The position numbers were made by a program, and so were the translations under genes. A stretch of 64,000 nucleotides of DNA from [Clostridium] symbiosum. Its GTDB lineage: Bacteria > Bacillota > Clostridia > Lachnospirales > Lachnospiraceae. The notes beneath the pieces are model-generated. The model was not told the origin of the DNA, did no database searches, and worked only from the letters and a program-made list of their open reading frames with translations. Shown here one piece after another: positions 48,770 to 58,128 of the stretch (position 1 is its first letter; each line of letters begins with the position of its first letter). The stretch is from assembly GCA_021769625.1 (NCBI GenBank), contig JAETSN010000009.1:3052-67051 (forward strand), in the 5' to 3' direction.

Positions 48770-50302
48770 TTATATCTCCACCCTCCTAAGATAATACCCG
48801 AAATCTCCGTTCTCCGCCGGTTCCCGTTTCCCGTCAAAGGCCTCGAACCCGAACATCACCGCCACAGTCTTCTCTCTCTCGTGGAAAGTGCCCGGCACGC
48901 CCAGATAGTAGACTGCCTCGCCGTCCTTTTCCCTCCTTCCCAGAATCAGATGTTTATAATTGTAATAGCCGTGCAGCAGGAAGCTGTTATGTACCAGCTC
49001 CTGATACTTTTCCGTGAAGATCACAAAATCTTTCGGCGCAATCTTCAGGTACTCCTCCTCCTCCCGGATCGGATGCACCACAGGATAGGTCTTTCTCAAC
49101 TGTTCCCATTTATCGGGCCGCAGTTCCCGTTCGGCGGGCCGTATCTCCTCCATAGCCTCCGGCGCATCTTCTCTTTCTCCCTCTTCCATTCCCTGCAGGA
49201 TTTCCTCCTCCAACGTCTGTTCCGGCTGCCCCGGCTGTTTTATCTCGGCTGATCCTCCTGCCCGCAACGGCTGTACCACTTCCGCCTCTTCTCTCAAAAT
49301 TTTTCTCTCCAGCATCTCCTGCATGGATTCCTCTTCATCTGACGGCTTCTCTGATATCGCTCCTACCACTTCCGTTACCGGTTTTTCTTTTCTCCTGCCT
49401 GCCGGGACCGCCTGATTCTCTGCCGATTCTGCCCGATTTTCTGTTGTTTCCGTAGAATTCTCTTCCGGAATCGCTGTGGTTTTCTCTGTATTTCCCCCTC
49501 TCCCATCCATTATGATAAAACCATCCTCTGTCTCAAATTCTTCCATCTCGTCGATGTCGATCACCGGTATTTCCCTCGCCACCTTCTCAACCCGGGATTT
49601 TTCTGACACGGGTGTCACTATCAGGCTGACTTCCACAGGCGCATCATCCGCCGCTTCACCCATGCTGTTCTGACGGCCACCCGCCAACGCGCTGCCATAT
49701 CTGCCTTCTGGTGCCGCGCCGTCTTTGCCGTCCCATCTGCTTCTTGCCGCCGCATCATCTTTGCCGTCCCATCTGTTTTTTATCGCCGCATTGCCGTTAT
49801 TCCCCTCCCGGCGCTGCATATGGCCTGCATCTCCTCCATCCTGCCGCTGTATACGGCCCGCATCTCCTCCATCCTGCCGCTTCCTCTCTCCCGGCATAAA
49901 ATTCACCACCGTCCACTGCGATTCCAGATACTGATACTCATGCAGTTCGATCTTAATGCCGCAGACCTCGTCATAGCGCAGCCCGGAATCCGCCATATTT
50001 TCCGCATGCAGCCGCACCGCACAATAGCCCTGTCCATTTCGGATAGCAAGAGTCCCCAACAGATGTTTCTCCTGATCATTTTTCCGGCTCTCCTGATAAA
50101 GATCCGCCCCCTTCTTCTTCCCCGGCATTTCCGAGAGCAGATATACCCTCGCCTCTCCGCTTCCCATCAGCCTCGGCCCTTTCACATAAACGATCATCTG
50201 GCAAAGGCTGTCCCTCACCTGAAATTTCACATAGCCGGCATTCTGCAGTTTTATGCCGCTTTCATAATAACTCAGATATCTGATCCTTTTATCATAATAC
50301 AA
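48770..50302 (-). CDS. DUF6128-like protein with a low-complexity central region
   Basis: N-terminal YLSYYESGIKLQNAGYVK; C-terminal NSFLLHGYYNYKHLILG...YYLGVPG...FGY; acidic, repetitive middle. Confidence 0.75.
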   Translation of the reverse strand: MYYDKRIRYLSYYESGIKLQNAGYVKFQVRDSLCQMIVYVKGPRLMGSGEARVYLLSEMPGKKKGADLYQESRKNDQEKHLLGTLAIRNGQGYCAVRLHAENMADSGLRYDEVCGIKIELHEYQYLESQWTVVNFMPGERKRQDGGDAGRIQRQDGGDAGHMQRREGNNGNAAIKNRWDGKDDAAARSRWDGKDGAAPEGRYGSALAGGRQNSMGEAADDAPVEVSLIVTPVSEKSRVEKVAREIPVIDIDEMEEFETEDGFIIMDGRGGNTEKTTAIPEENSTETTENRAESAENQAVPAGRRKEKPVTEVVGAISEKPSDEEESMQEMLERKILREEAEVVQPLRAGGSAEIKQPGQPEQTLEEEILQGMEEGEREDAPEAMEEIRPAERELRPDKWEQLRKTYPVVHPIREEEEYLKIAPKDFVIFTEKYQELVHNSFLLHGYYNYKHLILGRREKDGEAVYYLGVPGTFHEREKTVAVMFGFEAFDGKREPAENGDFGYYLRRVEI

Positions 50303-50450
50303 AACCCCGTTTCCTCCTTTAGACAGTCATTTTTTAACATGCTTCCTATTGACCATCTTATGAGAAAACGGGGCTCCGTATTCCTGTTTATTTTATTTGT
50401 TCTTTCTTCATTGCACCGTATCGAACCAACTTCGCCTCGCCATATTATTT

Positions 50451-50626
50451 GTTAGCACCACAGTCAGCAGATAAGAACATAAAATGCTTAAGGAGCCCTT
50501 TGAAAAACGCCGGCACTTAGGCAAATGTGAAAATTTCACATGTACTTTAGCGCCTTATGTGTCCGCTGCGCTTTTCACAGAGCGAGAGCGTGGCGACGTA
50601 GTATTTTATGTTCTTACCTGCGTCCG
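50451..50626 (-). repeat. Structured intergenic repeat, copy 4 of 4
   Basis: 22-bp IR 50467-50488/50600-50621 (two non-Watson-Crick positions); same core; mini hairpin ATGTGAA-AAT-TTCACAT at 50525-50541. Confidence 0.92.
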
Positions 50627-50670
50627 CCGCCATTAACTTAATGATATTGGAGTGAGCTGTTACTGACGGT

Positions 50671-51759
50671 TCAATTGGTCCTCTCTTCCAGATAATTCAT
50701 ATAGCTGACCACCATCAGGGCGATCTTCAATGTCAGCGCATCATCAAATACCCGGATATCCAGCCCTGTCGCCTTCTGAAGTTTCTCGATCCTGTAAACA
50801 AGCGTGTTCCTGTGAATGAACAGCTGCCTCGAAGTCTCCGAAACATTCAGATTATTCTCAAAGAACTTCTCAACCGTCACCAACGTCTCATCATCGATCT
50901 CATCCGGCATGCTCTCCCCGAATATCTCATGGATATACATCCTGCAGAGATTGATCGGGAGCTGATAGATCAGCCTGCCAATGCCCAGAAGCCTGTAGGA
51001 AATGATCTGCTTTTCCTGATAAAAGATACGGCCCACATCGGAAGCCATTTTTGCCTCTTTGTAAGATTTGGACACATCCTTTAACTCATGCACTACCGTT
51101 CCGAAAGCAACACGGACGTTGATCATTGCCTCCGCGTTGATCATATCCATAATAGTCTTTGCAATGCGTTCAAGCCCTTCCTCTTCCACCTCCTGATCCA
51201 GCGCCTTGATCAGTATCACGCTGTCCTCATCCACGGTCGTCACATAATCTCCGTTCTGAGGCGAGAACATTCCCTTCATCAGCTCGCTCACGGAAAGTTC
51301 ATCCCTGTCGCCCGATTCCACGATATAGACCACCCTGTCCTGCTGGTCTGTGATATGGAGACGCTTTGCCCTGTTGTAAATATCCACGAGAAGCAGATTA
51401 TCCAGGATCAGGTTCTGGAAAAAGTTATTTCTGTCAAACCGCTCTTTATAAGCGACCATCAGATTCTGAAGCTGGCATACCGCCACCTTTCCGATCATAT
51501 AGGCATCGTCGCCAAGCCCCCTTGCATCCAGAATATAGCTTACTTCCTCTTCGTCCATCACCTTCAAAAGATGGTGGGCGCCGATCACCTGGGAATCCGC
51601 AGGCGAAGCCACAAAATTCACTACCAGTCCTTTCTCCTCTTCCGATGTGTCAAAAGTTGACGCCACACAGTTTCCGTTTAAGTCAAATACGCCAAAATCA
51701 ATTTTCGTGATAGTCTTTAGTTCTTCAATGCTGGTTTGAATGATCTGGTTTGAAATCAT
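50671..51759 (-). CDS. PucR/CdaR-family transcriptional regulator
   Basis: C-terminal NLNVSETSRQLFIHRNTLVYRIEK HTH. Confidence 0.9.
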   Translation of the reverse strand: MISNQIIQTSIEELKTITKIDFGVFDLNGNCVASTFDTSEEEKGLVVNFVASPADSQVIGAHHLLKVMDEEEVSYILDARGLGDDAYMIGKVAVCQLQNLMVAYKERFDRNNFFQNLILDNLLLVDIYNRAKRLHITDQQDRVVYIVESGDRDELSVSELMKGMFSPQNGDYVTTVDEDSVILIKALDQEVEEEGLERIAKTIMDMINAEAMINVRVAFGTVVHELKDVSKSYKEAKMASDVGRIFYQEKQIISYRLLGIGRLIYQLPINLCRMYIHEIFGESMPDEIDDETLVTVEKFFENNLNVSETSRQLFIHRNTLVYRIEKLQKATGLDIRVFDDALTLKIALMVVSYMNYLEERTN

Positions 51760-51850
51760 GCGCTTCCCTTCCTTTTCGTGGTTTTCTTTACATAAAGGCT
51801 AAAAGAGGGATGTTCATCACATCCCCCTCTATTTTTAATTAATTACAACG

Positions 51851-51960
51851 GCTCGACTCGCAAACGCTTTGCTCATGCCTGCCGCGCAGGCATTGTGCTC
51901 TTGTAGCGCTGCCTGAAAACGGTGCTCGACTCGCAAACGCTCCGCTTTTTGCTCGTAGCG
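51851..51960. repeat. Two-unit REP-like cluster downstream of msmX
   Basis: GCTCGACTCGCAAACGCT at 51851-51868 and 51924-51941, each unit ending in GCTC(TT)GTAGCG. Confidence 0.75.
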
Positions 51961-51979
51961 TCGCTTGAAAAACAGCGAC

Positions 51980-53089
51980 TTAGTTGCAGATTGTCTCCTC
52001 TGTCTCTTTGTCGAATACGTGGATCTTTTCAATGTCAAATGCAAACTTGATAGCATCGCCGGGTCTTGCATTTGTTCTGGAGTCAACCCTTGCTGTGATC
52101 GGGAACTGCTCCAGATCAAAGTACAGATATACTTCTGCGCCGAGCAGCTCGTATACTTTTACTTTGGAATCGAAGGTTGTCGGTGCATTTGCAAGGAACT
52201 CTTCGGAATCATATACATCCTCAGGACGGATACCGAATGTTACAGTCTTTCCGTCATAACCGCCGTCAATCAGGGCTTTGGACTTCGCTGCCGGCAGAGG
52301 AATGCTCTTGCCTGCTACCACCAGATTAGCCACATTACCTTCCACCTTAACCGTTGCGTCAAGGAAGTTCATCTGAGGAGATCCCATGAAGCCTGCCACG
52401 AACAGGTTAGCGGGCTTCTCATACAGATTCTGAGGTGTATCAACCTGCTGTACAACACCGGCCTTCATAACAACGATCCTTGTACCAAGGGTCATAGCCT
52501 CTGTCTGGTCATGTGTAACGTAGATGATGGTCGTGCCCAGATTCTGATGCAGTTTAGCGATCTCGATACGCATCTGTACACGAAGCTTTGCATCCAGGTT
52601 GGATAACGGCTCATCCATCAGGAATACTTTCGGTTTACGAACGATAGCACGTCCCATAGCCACACGCTGTCTCTGACCGCCGGAAAGAGCTTTCGGCTTA
52701 CGGTCAAGAAGTGCGGACAGGTCAAGGATCTCTGCTGCTTCACGAACCTTCTTATCAATTTCATCTTTCGGTACTTTTCTCAATTTCAGACCGAAAGCCA
52801 TGTTGTCATATACTGTCATATGAGGATACAGAGCATAGTTCTGGAATACCATCGCGATATCTCTGTCCTTCGGTTCCACATCGTTTACCAGCTTGCCGTC
52901 GATATACAGCTCACCGGAAGAAATATCTTCCAGGCCGGCTACCATACGGAGAGTCGTAGATTTACCGCAGCCTGAAGGTCCTACGAAGATGATAAACTCT
53001 TTGTCTGCGATCTCCAGATTGAAGTCTTTCACGGCTTCAAAACCATTGGGATACTTTTTGCAGATATGCTTTAATGATAAACTTGACAT
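51980..53089 (-). CDS. msmX: Multiple-sugar ABC transporter ATP-binding protein (MsmX/MalK/UgpC type)
   Basis: GPSGCGKST, VFQNYALYPHM, LSGGQRQR, MDEPLSNLD, YVTHDQ, TOBE C-terminus. Confidence 0.93.
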   Translation of the reverse strand: MSSLSLKHICKKYPNGFEAVKDFNLEIADKEFIIFVGPSGCGKSTTLRMVAGLEDISSGELYIDGKLVNDVEPKDRDIAMVFQNYALYPHMTVYDNMAFGLKLRKVPKDEIDKKVREAAEILDLSALLDRKPKALSGGQRQRVAMGRAIVRKPKVFLMDEPLSNLDAKLRVQMRIEIAKLHQNLGTTIIYVTHDQTEAMTLGTRIVVMKAGVVQQVDTPQNLYEKPANLFVAGFMGSPQMNFLDATVKVEGNVANLVVAGKSIPLPAAKSKALIDGGYDGKTVTFGIRPEDVYDSEEFLANAPTTFDSKVKVYELLGAEVYLYFDLEQFPITARVDSRTNARPGDAIKFAFDIEKIHVFDKETEETICN

Positions 53090-53321
53090 TTTTCTTTTCC
53101 TCCTGAATTTTGTTTGGATTACTGACAGTCTCTTTTCTGCCTCTATTTAGGAAGTATACAGAACCCAAACCATTTTTGCCATACCACTATTACATAAACT
53201 TTTTCCCATCTACTTAGGCAACTTGTTTATGAAATCCTCCCTGAAAATTTTCGTCCGGCAGATTGCATAAAAGAATTCTCTGTTTTTGTACATTTTCCAC
53301 AAAGCCGGTTTCCTTACCATC

Positions 53322-53801
53322 TTAATAGATTCTTTTTTCCATCGGTGTATAGATGATGCCATCTTTGGAAAGCTGCGGCGCCACATCCTCAAATCCGATC
53401 TGGTGATAAAATCCGACCGCATAGGGCGCGGCATTTACCGTGATCCTTCTCTCCTGATATTCTTTCTGGATAAATTTTTCCATGCTCTCTATGAGCCTTC
53501 TTCCGATTCCCCGGTGTTGATGCCCCTCTTCCACAAACAGCAGTGAGATATGCTTTTTGTTCCGCAGGGAGATCATGCCCGCCTGCTCGCTTCCGTCAAG
53601 CGCGATAAATACCGGATAATCTCCCATCAGAAACATGCGCCGCAACAGAGAATCCGACAGAAAATCCCGGAAACTGTCCACCCCTTCCTGTCCGTAATCC
53701 TTTGCCTCAAACTTCAGAAACGTTCTCCAGGCAAGCGCCATCGCCTCATCCCAGTCATATATATTCGCCTGTCTGATCTCAATATTGTTTTCTGCCGCCA
53801 T
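53322..53801 (-). CDS. GNAT-family N-acetyltransferase
   Basis: LFVEEGHQHRGIGRRL acetyl-CoA motif, NAAPYAVGFYHQIGF; start set at ATG 53801. Confidence 0.9.
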   Translation of the reverse strand: MAAENNIEIRQANIYDWDEAMALAWRTFLKFEAKDYGQEGVDSFRDFLSDSLLRRMFLMGDYPVFIALDGSEQAGMISLRNKKHISLLFVEEGHQHRGIGRRLIESMEKFIQKEYQERRITVNAAPYAVGFYHQIGFEDVAPQLSKDGIIYTPMEKRIY

Positions 53802-53926
53802 CTTCAGTCTGTACCCCCATTTGCCGCCTGCGGCCGATACCATGTTGCTTCCCCGTTTCACATGTACCGGTTTATCAGACCCTCAGCCGTTTTCCGCTTC
53901 TTCATACACGTTCCAAAGCAACATGA

Positions 53927-55966
53927 TCAACAGATTTCCGCACCCGCCGGCATCGCCTTTTCCGGCGTCATGAGCGCCAGATTTCCGTCCGCATCCTCCG
54001 CGCAGAGCAGCATGCCCTGCGATTCAAGCCCCGCCATCTTTCTCGGCGCAAGATTCACAAGCACCATAACCTTTTTGCCGACCATCTCCTCCGGAGAATA
54101 ATACTGCTTGATGCCGGATAATATCTGCCGTACCTCGGACCCCACCTTTACCTGGGAACAGAGCAGCTTTTTCGACTTCGGCACTTCCTTACAGTCAATG
54201 ATCTCCCCTACCTGAAACTGGCATTTTGCGAAATCATCGTAAGTGATCTCCGGCTTTGCCTCTATATCCATACAGCCGGCATCCGCATCTTCTTTATCCT
54301 GTCCGTCGTCCTTCTTCTCCGGATCTTCCCCGGAGCCTTCCGCTACTCCCGCGCCTGCTTTCCTCTCCGCAAACATAGTGTCCACCTTTTCCATCACTTC
54401 TTCCGGCTTTAACCTTGCAAACAGGATCTCCGGCGTTTCCACGACCTGATTTCCGGAAGGATAAAGGCTTCCGATCTCTTCCGCACTTCCCTGTTCCAGT
54501 TTGTCGAACCCGCACAGCGGCGCCTTGATCTGGCCCGCTATCTTCTGTGCCGTTTCCGGCATAAAGGGCTCAAGCAGGCTCGCTCCGACCAGTATTCCGT
54601 TCAGTAGGTTATAAAGCACTGTGCTGAGGCGGTCTTTCTGCGCTTCATCCTTCGCCAATGCCCAGGGCATGGTCTCGTCAATATATTTATTACACCTCTT
54701 GAACAGTGCAAAGATCTCACTGATCGCGTCCGCCACCCGCAGGCTTTCCATCTTCGCGGCAACTTTTTTATAGGTGTCCGCTGTCACCGCCTTTAAGTCA
54801 GCATCGATATCCGCCTGTTCTCCCACTGCCTTCTTATCGGTGGCCACACCCCCGAAATATTTATTGCTCATGGAAACCGTGCGGTTCACCAGATTTCCCA
54901 TCGTATTGGCGAGATCGGAATTGAAGCGCTCGATCATCAGCTCCCATGTGATCACACCGTCATTTTCAAAAGGCATCTCATGCAGGACAAAATAGCGTAC
55001 CGCATCCACGCCGAAGAAGGAGATCAGATCTTCCGCATAGATCACATTCCCTTTGGACTTGCTCATCTTGCCGTCGCCCTGCAGCAGCCAGGGATGCCCA
55101 AATACCTGCTTCGGCAGTTCCTCGTCCAGCGCCATCAGGAAGATCGGCCAGTAGATCGTATGGAAACGGATAATGTCCTTTCCGATCAGGTGAAGGTCTG
55201 CCGGCCACAGCTTTTTGTACTGGTCTGTAGAATCTCCGTCCGCATCGTAACCGATACCCGTGATATAATTGGTGAGCGCATCCAGCCACACATAGACCAC
55301 ATGCTTATCGTCGAAGTCCACAGGGATGCCCCATTTAAAGGAAGTTCTCGAAACACACAGATCCTGCAGCCCCGGCAGCAGGAAATTGTTCATCATCTCA
55401 TTTTTTCTCGATACCGGCTGGATAAACTCCGGATGATCGTTGATATGTCTGATCAGCCTGTCCGCATATTTGCTCATCTTAAAGAAATATGCTTCTTCCT
55501 TGGCCGGCTTTACCTCCCTGCCGCAGTCCGGACATTTCCCGTCCACCAGCTGGGACTCGGTCCAGAAGGACTCACAGGGCGTACAGTACAGTCCCTCATA
55601 AGCGCCTTTATAGATGTCTCCCTTATCATAGAGACGTTTAAATATTTTCTGCACCTGTCTCTCATGATAATCATCGGTGGTTCTGATAAATTTATCATAA
55701 GAAGTATTCAGGGAATCACAGATCTCCCTGATCGTATTCGCAACGCCGTCCACATACGCCTTCGGCGTAACGCCGGCCTCCTGTGCCTTCAGCTCGATCT
55801 TCTGGCCGTGCTCATCCGTTCCGGTCTGGAAAAACACATCGTAACCGTCTTTTCGTTTGAATCTCGCGATACTGTCCGCCAACACGATCTCATAGCTGTT
55901 TCCGATATGCGGCTTGCCCGATGTGTAGGCGATCGCCGTCGTAATATAATATTTTCCCTTGTTCAT
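53927..55966 (-). CDS. metG: Methionine--tRNA ligase with C-terminal tRNA-binding domain
   Basis: PHIGN (HIGH-like), GTDEHGQK, Zn knuckle, KMSKS, OB-fold tail; ATG 55966. Confidence 0.98.
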   Translation of the reverse strand: MNKGKYYITTAIAYTSGKPHIGNSYEIVLADSIARFKRKDGYDVFFQTGTDEHGQKIELKAQEAGVTPKAYVDGVANTIREICDSLNTSYDKFIRTTDDYHERQVQKIFKRLYDKGDIYKGAYEGLYCTPCESFWTESQLVDGKCPDCGREVKPAKEEAYFFKMSKYADRLIRHINDHPEFIQPVSRKNEMMNNFLLPGLQDLCVSRTSFKWGIPVDFDDKHVVYVWLDALTNYITGIGYDADGDSTDQYKKLWPADLHLIGKDIIRFHTIYWPIFLMALDEELPKQVFGHPWLLQGDGKMSKSKGNVIYAEDLISFFGVDAVRYFVLHEMPFENDGVITWELMIERFNSDLANTMGNLVNRTVSMSNKYFGGVATDKKAVGEQADIDADLKAVTADTYKKVAAKMESLRVADAISEIFALFKRCNKYIDETMPWALAKDEAQKDRLSTVLYNLLNGILVGASLLEPFMPETAQKIAGQIKAPLCGFDKLEQGSAEEIGSLYPSGNQVVETPEILFARLKPEEVMEKVDTMFAERKAGAGVAEGSGEDPEKKDDGQDKEDADAGCMDIEAKPEITYDDFAKCQFQVGEIIDCKEVPKSKKLLCSQVKVGSEVRQILSGIKQYYSPEEMVGKKVMVLVNLAPRKMAGLESQGMLLCAEDADGNLALMTPEKAMPAGAEIC

Positions 55967-56089
55967 TTTTAGCCTTCCCTCTCTGTCCAACACTCAAAAT
56001 AATCTTTTTTTAGCCTAACACAGAAGTCCCTCGATTGTCAATTATGCCCCAAAAAACATTCCGGTTTTTTGCGACGATTCAGCCTCCGG

Positions 56090-56542
56090 TCACCGCTCCT
56101 CTATCATACTCTCCAGATACCCTCTGTCCCAGAGCAGTATCTTCAGCTTTTTCGCCGCCTCCACCGCGGGCTGCGTAAAATACTGGTTCGTCAGCACCGC
56201 GCCCACCATGCAATCATAGTAGTCCCTGCCGGCATAGGCCTCCTGCACCGCCTTTACGCCGACGCTGTCCCTGTAGCACTTGCACTGGATCGCATAGGTA
56301 ACGCCGTCCCGCTCCGCCAGAATATCGATCCCGTAGTCGCCGCTGCCCCTTGTCACCTCTACCTCCTGAAAGCCGCGCTTTCTCAATAAGTCTGCGCAGT
56401 AATACTCAAAATCATGGCCGTCCAGCAGATCAAAGTCCCTCCCGTATGCGCGCCTCTTTCTCACCTGCATCAGGATGAGACATAATATCAGGAAAACGGC
56501 TGCAGATGCTATTATTATGATCATGTATGCTTTTGTATCCAT
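56090..56542 (-). CDS. Membrane-anchored Mrr-type restriction endonuclease domain protein
   Basis: N-terminal TM helix; FEYYCADLL, GSGDYGIDI, AIQCK, TNQYFT (Mrr_cat pattern); ATG 56542. Confidence 0.85.
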   Translation of the reverse strand: MDTKAYMIIIIASAAVFLILCLILMQVRKRRAYGRDFDLLDGHDFEYYCADLLRKRGFQEVEVTRGSGDYGIDILAERDGVTYAIQCKCYRDSVGVKAVQEAYAGRDYYDCMVGAVLTNQYFTQPAVEAAKKLKILLWDRGYLESMIEER

Positions 56543-56567
56543 AATTCTATTGTGCTCCTTCTCTGTC

Positions 56568-57896
56568 TTACAGGAACTGTGCCATATAAACAGGAAAACA
56601 GAATATGTCTCTGTCTTTTTTTGCATCTTTCGTGTAAAGCAAGTATTTTTCCAGTATCCTGTCAGAATATTTTTCAGAAAACGCATCTAAAGAAGCATGT
56701 GTCTTATAGCCTGACGACTTAACTTCAATCGGACATATTTTATTCTTTTTTGCAAATAAAAAATCTATCTCGTAATTATGCCGTGATGTCACATTTAAAA
56801 AAGTATGATAGAACAACTCTTTTCCTTTTGCTGCTAAAGTCTGTGCCACAATATTTTCATATAAATACCCTAAATTTGTTCCCAACTTATCACTCAGCAA
56901 TTTTTCATATATGATATTTTCTGTAAAATCTCTGTTCTTAAATATAAGAGTCGTAAACAACCCCGTATCTGACAGAAAAAGCTTAAATTTTTCCAGATCT
57001 ATGCTGTTCGACATTCCCGCATCAGGATCATTCACATGGTATGCCACCAGCACTGTTTTTGACTCTTTCATTTCAGCTATCAGATCAAGAATGCTGTCTG
57101 CTCTCTCATTTGCCAGAACGCTGGACACCTGATATCTGGATGCATTTTTGTTAAGCTGGGCAGGAATCGAATCAAATAAAAGGGAAATCTTTCCTGTCGA
57201 ATCTATTTTGTGGAAATCATCCTCGTATAAATGAAGAATATCCCTTTTTACCATATCTACCTTTTTAAAATTGTTAGTGCGAAGATATTCATCCACCGCC
57301 TGCGGCATCCCACCCACCAACATATATAGCCTGAACTTCCTCATAAGCTTTCGATGAGCCGCATCGCCAACCCCTTTTTCCTTTTTAAATACCTGTTCAA
57401 GCAACGGCACAGTCACAGTATCTCCTATTGCCCAGAGAAACTCCTCATAATCCATGGGATACATATTGATTTTTCTCTCTTCACTGGGAATCAGAATATC
57501 CTTTACATTACGTTTTATACTGATCAAAGATCCTGTTTCTATATAATCATAACGATGGTCTTTTACCAGTATTTTTATTGCCTGTCTCGCCTGCGGGCAG
57601 AACTGCACCTCATCAAATATGATCAAAGAATTCCTGTCATATAATTCCGCGTTATATTGCAATTGCAATTGTAAAAAAATATAATTCAAATCTGACATAT
57701 CCGAAAACAGTTCCCGGATTTCTTTAGATGCAATAGAAAAATCAATTAAAATATAGCTCCTGTATTCCTTTTGGGCAAACTTTTCCACTATTGTGGATTT
57801 ACCGATTCGGCGGGCACCCTCTATCAATAATGCGGTCTTTCCTTCTGACTCCTGTTTCCACTCCAACAATTTATCATATATTTTCCTTTTAAACAT
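56568..57896 (-). CDS. AAA+ ATPase with DUF4143 and PD-(D/E)XK-like C-terminus (paralogue 3, AT-rich)
   Basis: GARRIGKS, IFDEVQ, ETGSLIS, YMLVGGMPQ, EIDF...PIEVKS. Confidence 0.88.
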   Translation of the reverse strand: MFKRKIYDKLLEWKQESEGKTALLIEGARRIGKSTIVEKFAQKEYRSYILIDFSIASKEIRELFSDMSDLNYIFLQLQLQYNAELYDRNSLIIFDEVQFCPQARQAIKILVKDHRYDYIETGSLISIKRNVKDILIPSEERKINMYPMDYEEFLWAIGDTVTVPLLEQVFKKEKGVGDAAHRKLMRKFRLYMLVGGMPQAVDEYLRTNNFKKVDMVKRDILHLYEDDFHKIDSTGKISLLFDSIPAQLNKNASRYQVSSVLANERADSILDLIAEMKESKTVLVAYHVNDPDAGMSNSIDLEKFKLFLSDTGLFTTLIFKNRDFTENIIYEKLLSDKLGTNLGYLYENIVAQTLAAKGKELFYHTFLNVTSRHNYEIDFLFAKKNKICPIEVKSSGYKTHASLDAFSEKYSDRILEKYLLYTKDAKKDRDIFCFPVYMAQFL

Positions 57897-57924
57897 AAAT
57901 TTCCCCTTTATTTTACAGTTTTTA

Positions 57925-58006
57925 CAAAATCGCGATTTTTATTCCGTCGTTTTCCCTCAAAATCGTTATTTTTATATTCTCATTATACCCCAAAATCGTT
58001 ATTTTT
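57925..58006. repeat. Three 16-bp boxes at exact 33-bp period upstream of ATPase paralogue 3
   Basis: CAAAATCGCGATTTTT (57925), CAAAATCGTTATTTTT (57958), CAAAATCGTTATTTTT (57991). Confidence 0.88.
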
Positions 58007-58128
58007 CAACCCTGTTACACGATACGAACTTTCTGATATTCACCCCGGCGGCGATCCTGACCGTCTTTGGTGCTAATACATGCCCTCCCGCGCATATATT
58101 GTAAGGACTTACCCTATCAGGAGTTCCT

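Noticed and set aside
55967-56089. T-box or SAM riboswitch upstream of metG
   Set aside because: Only about 120 nt are available, with no T-box (AAGGTGGTACC-like) or S-box core.
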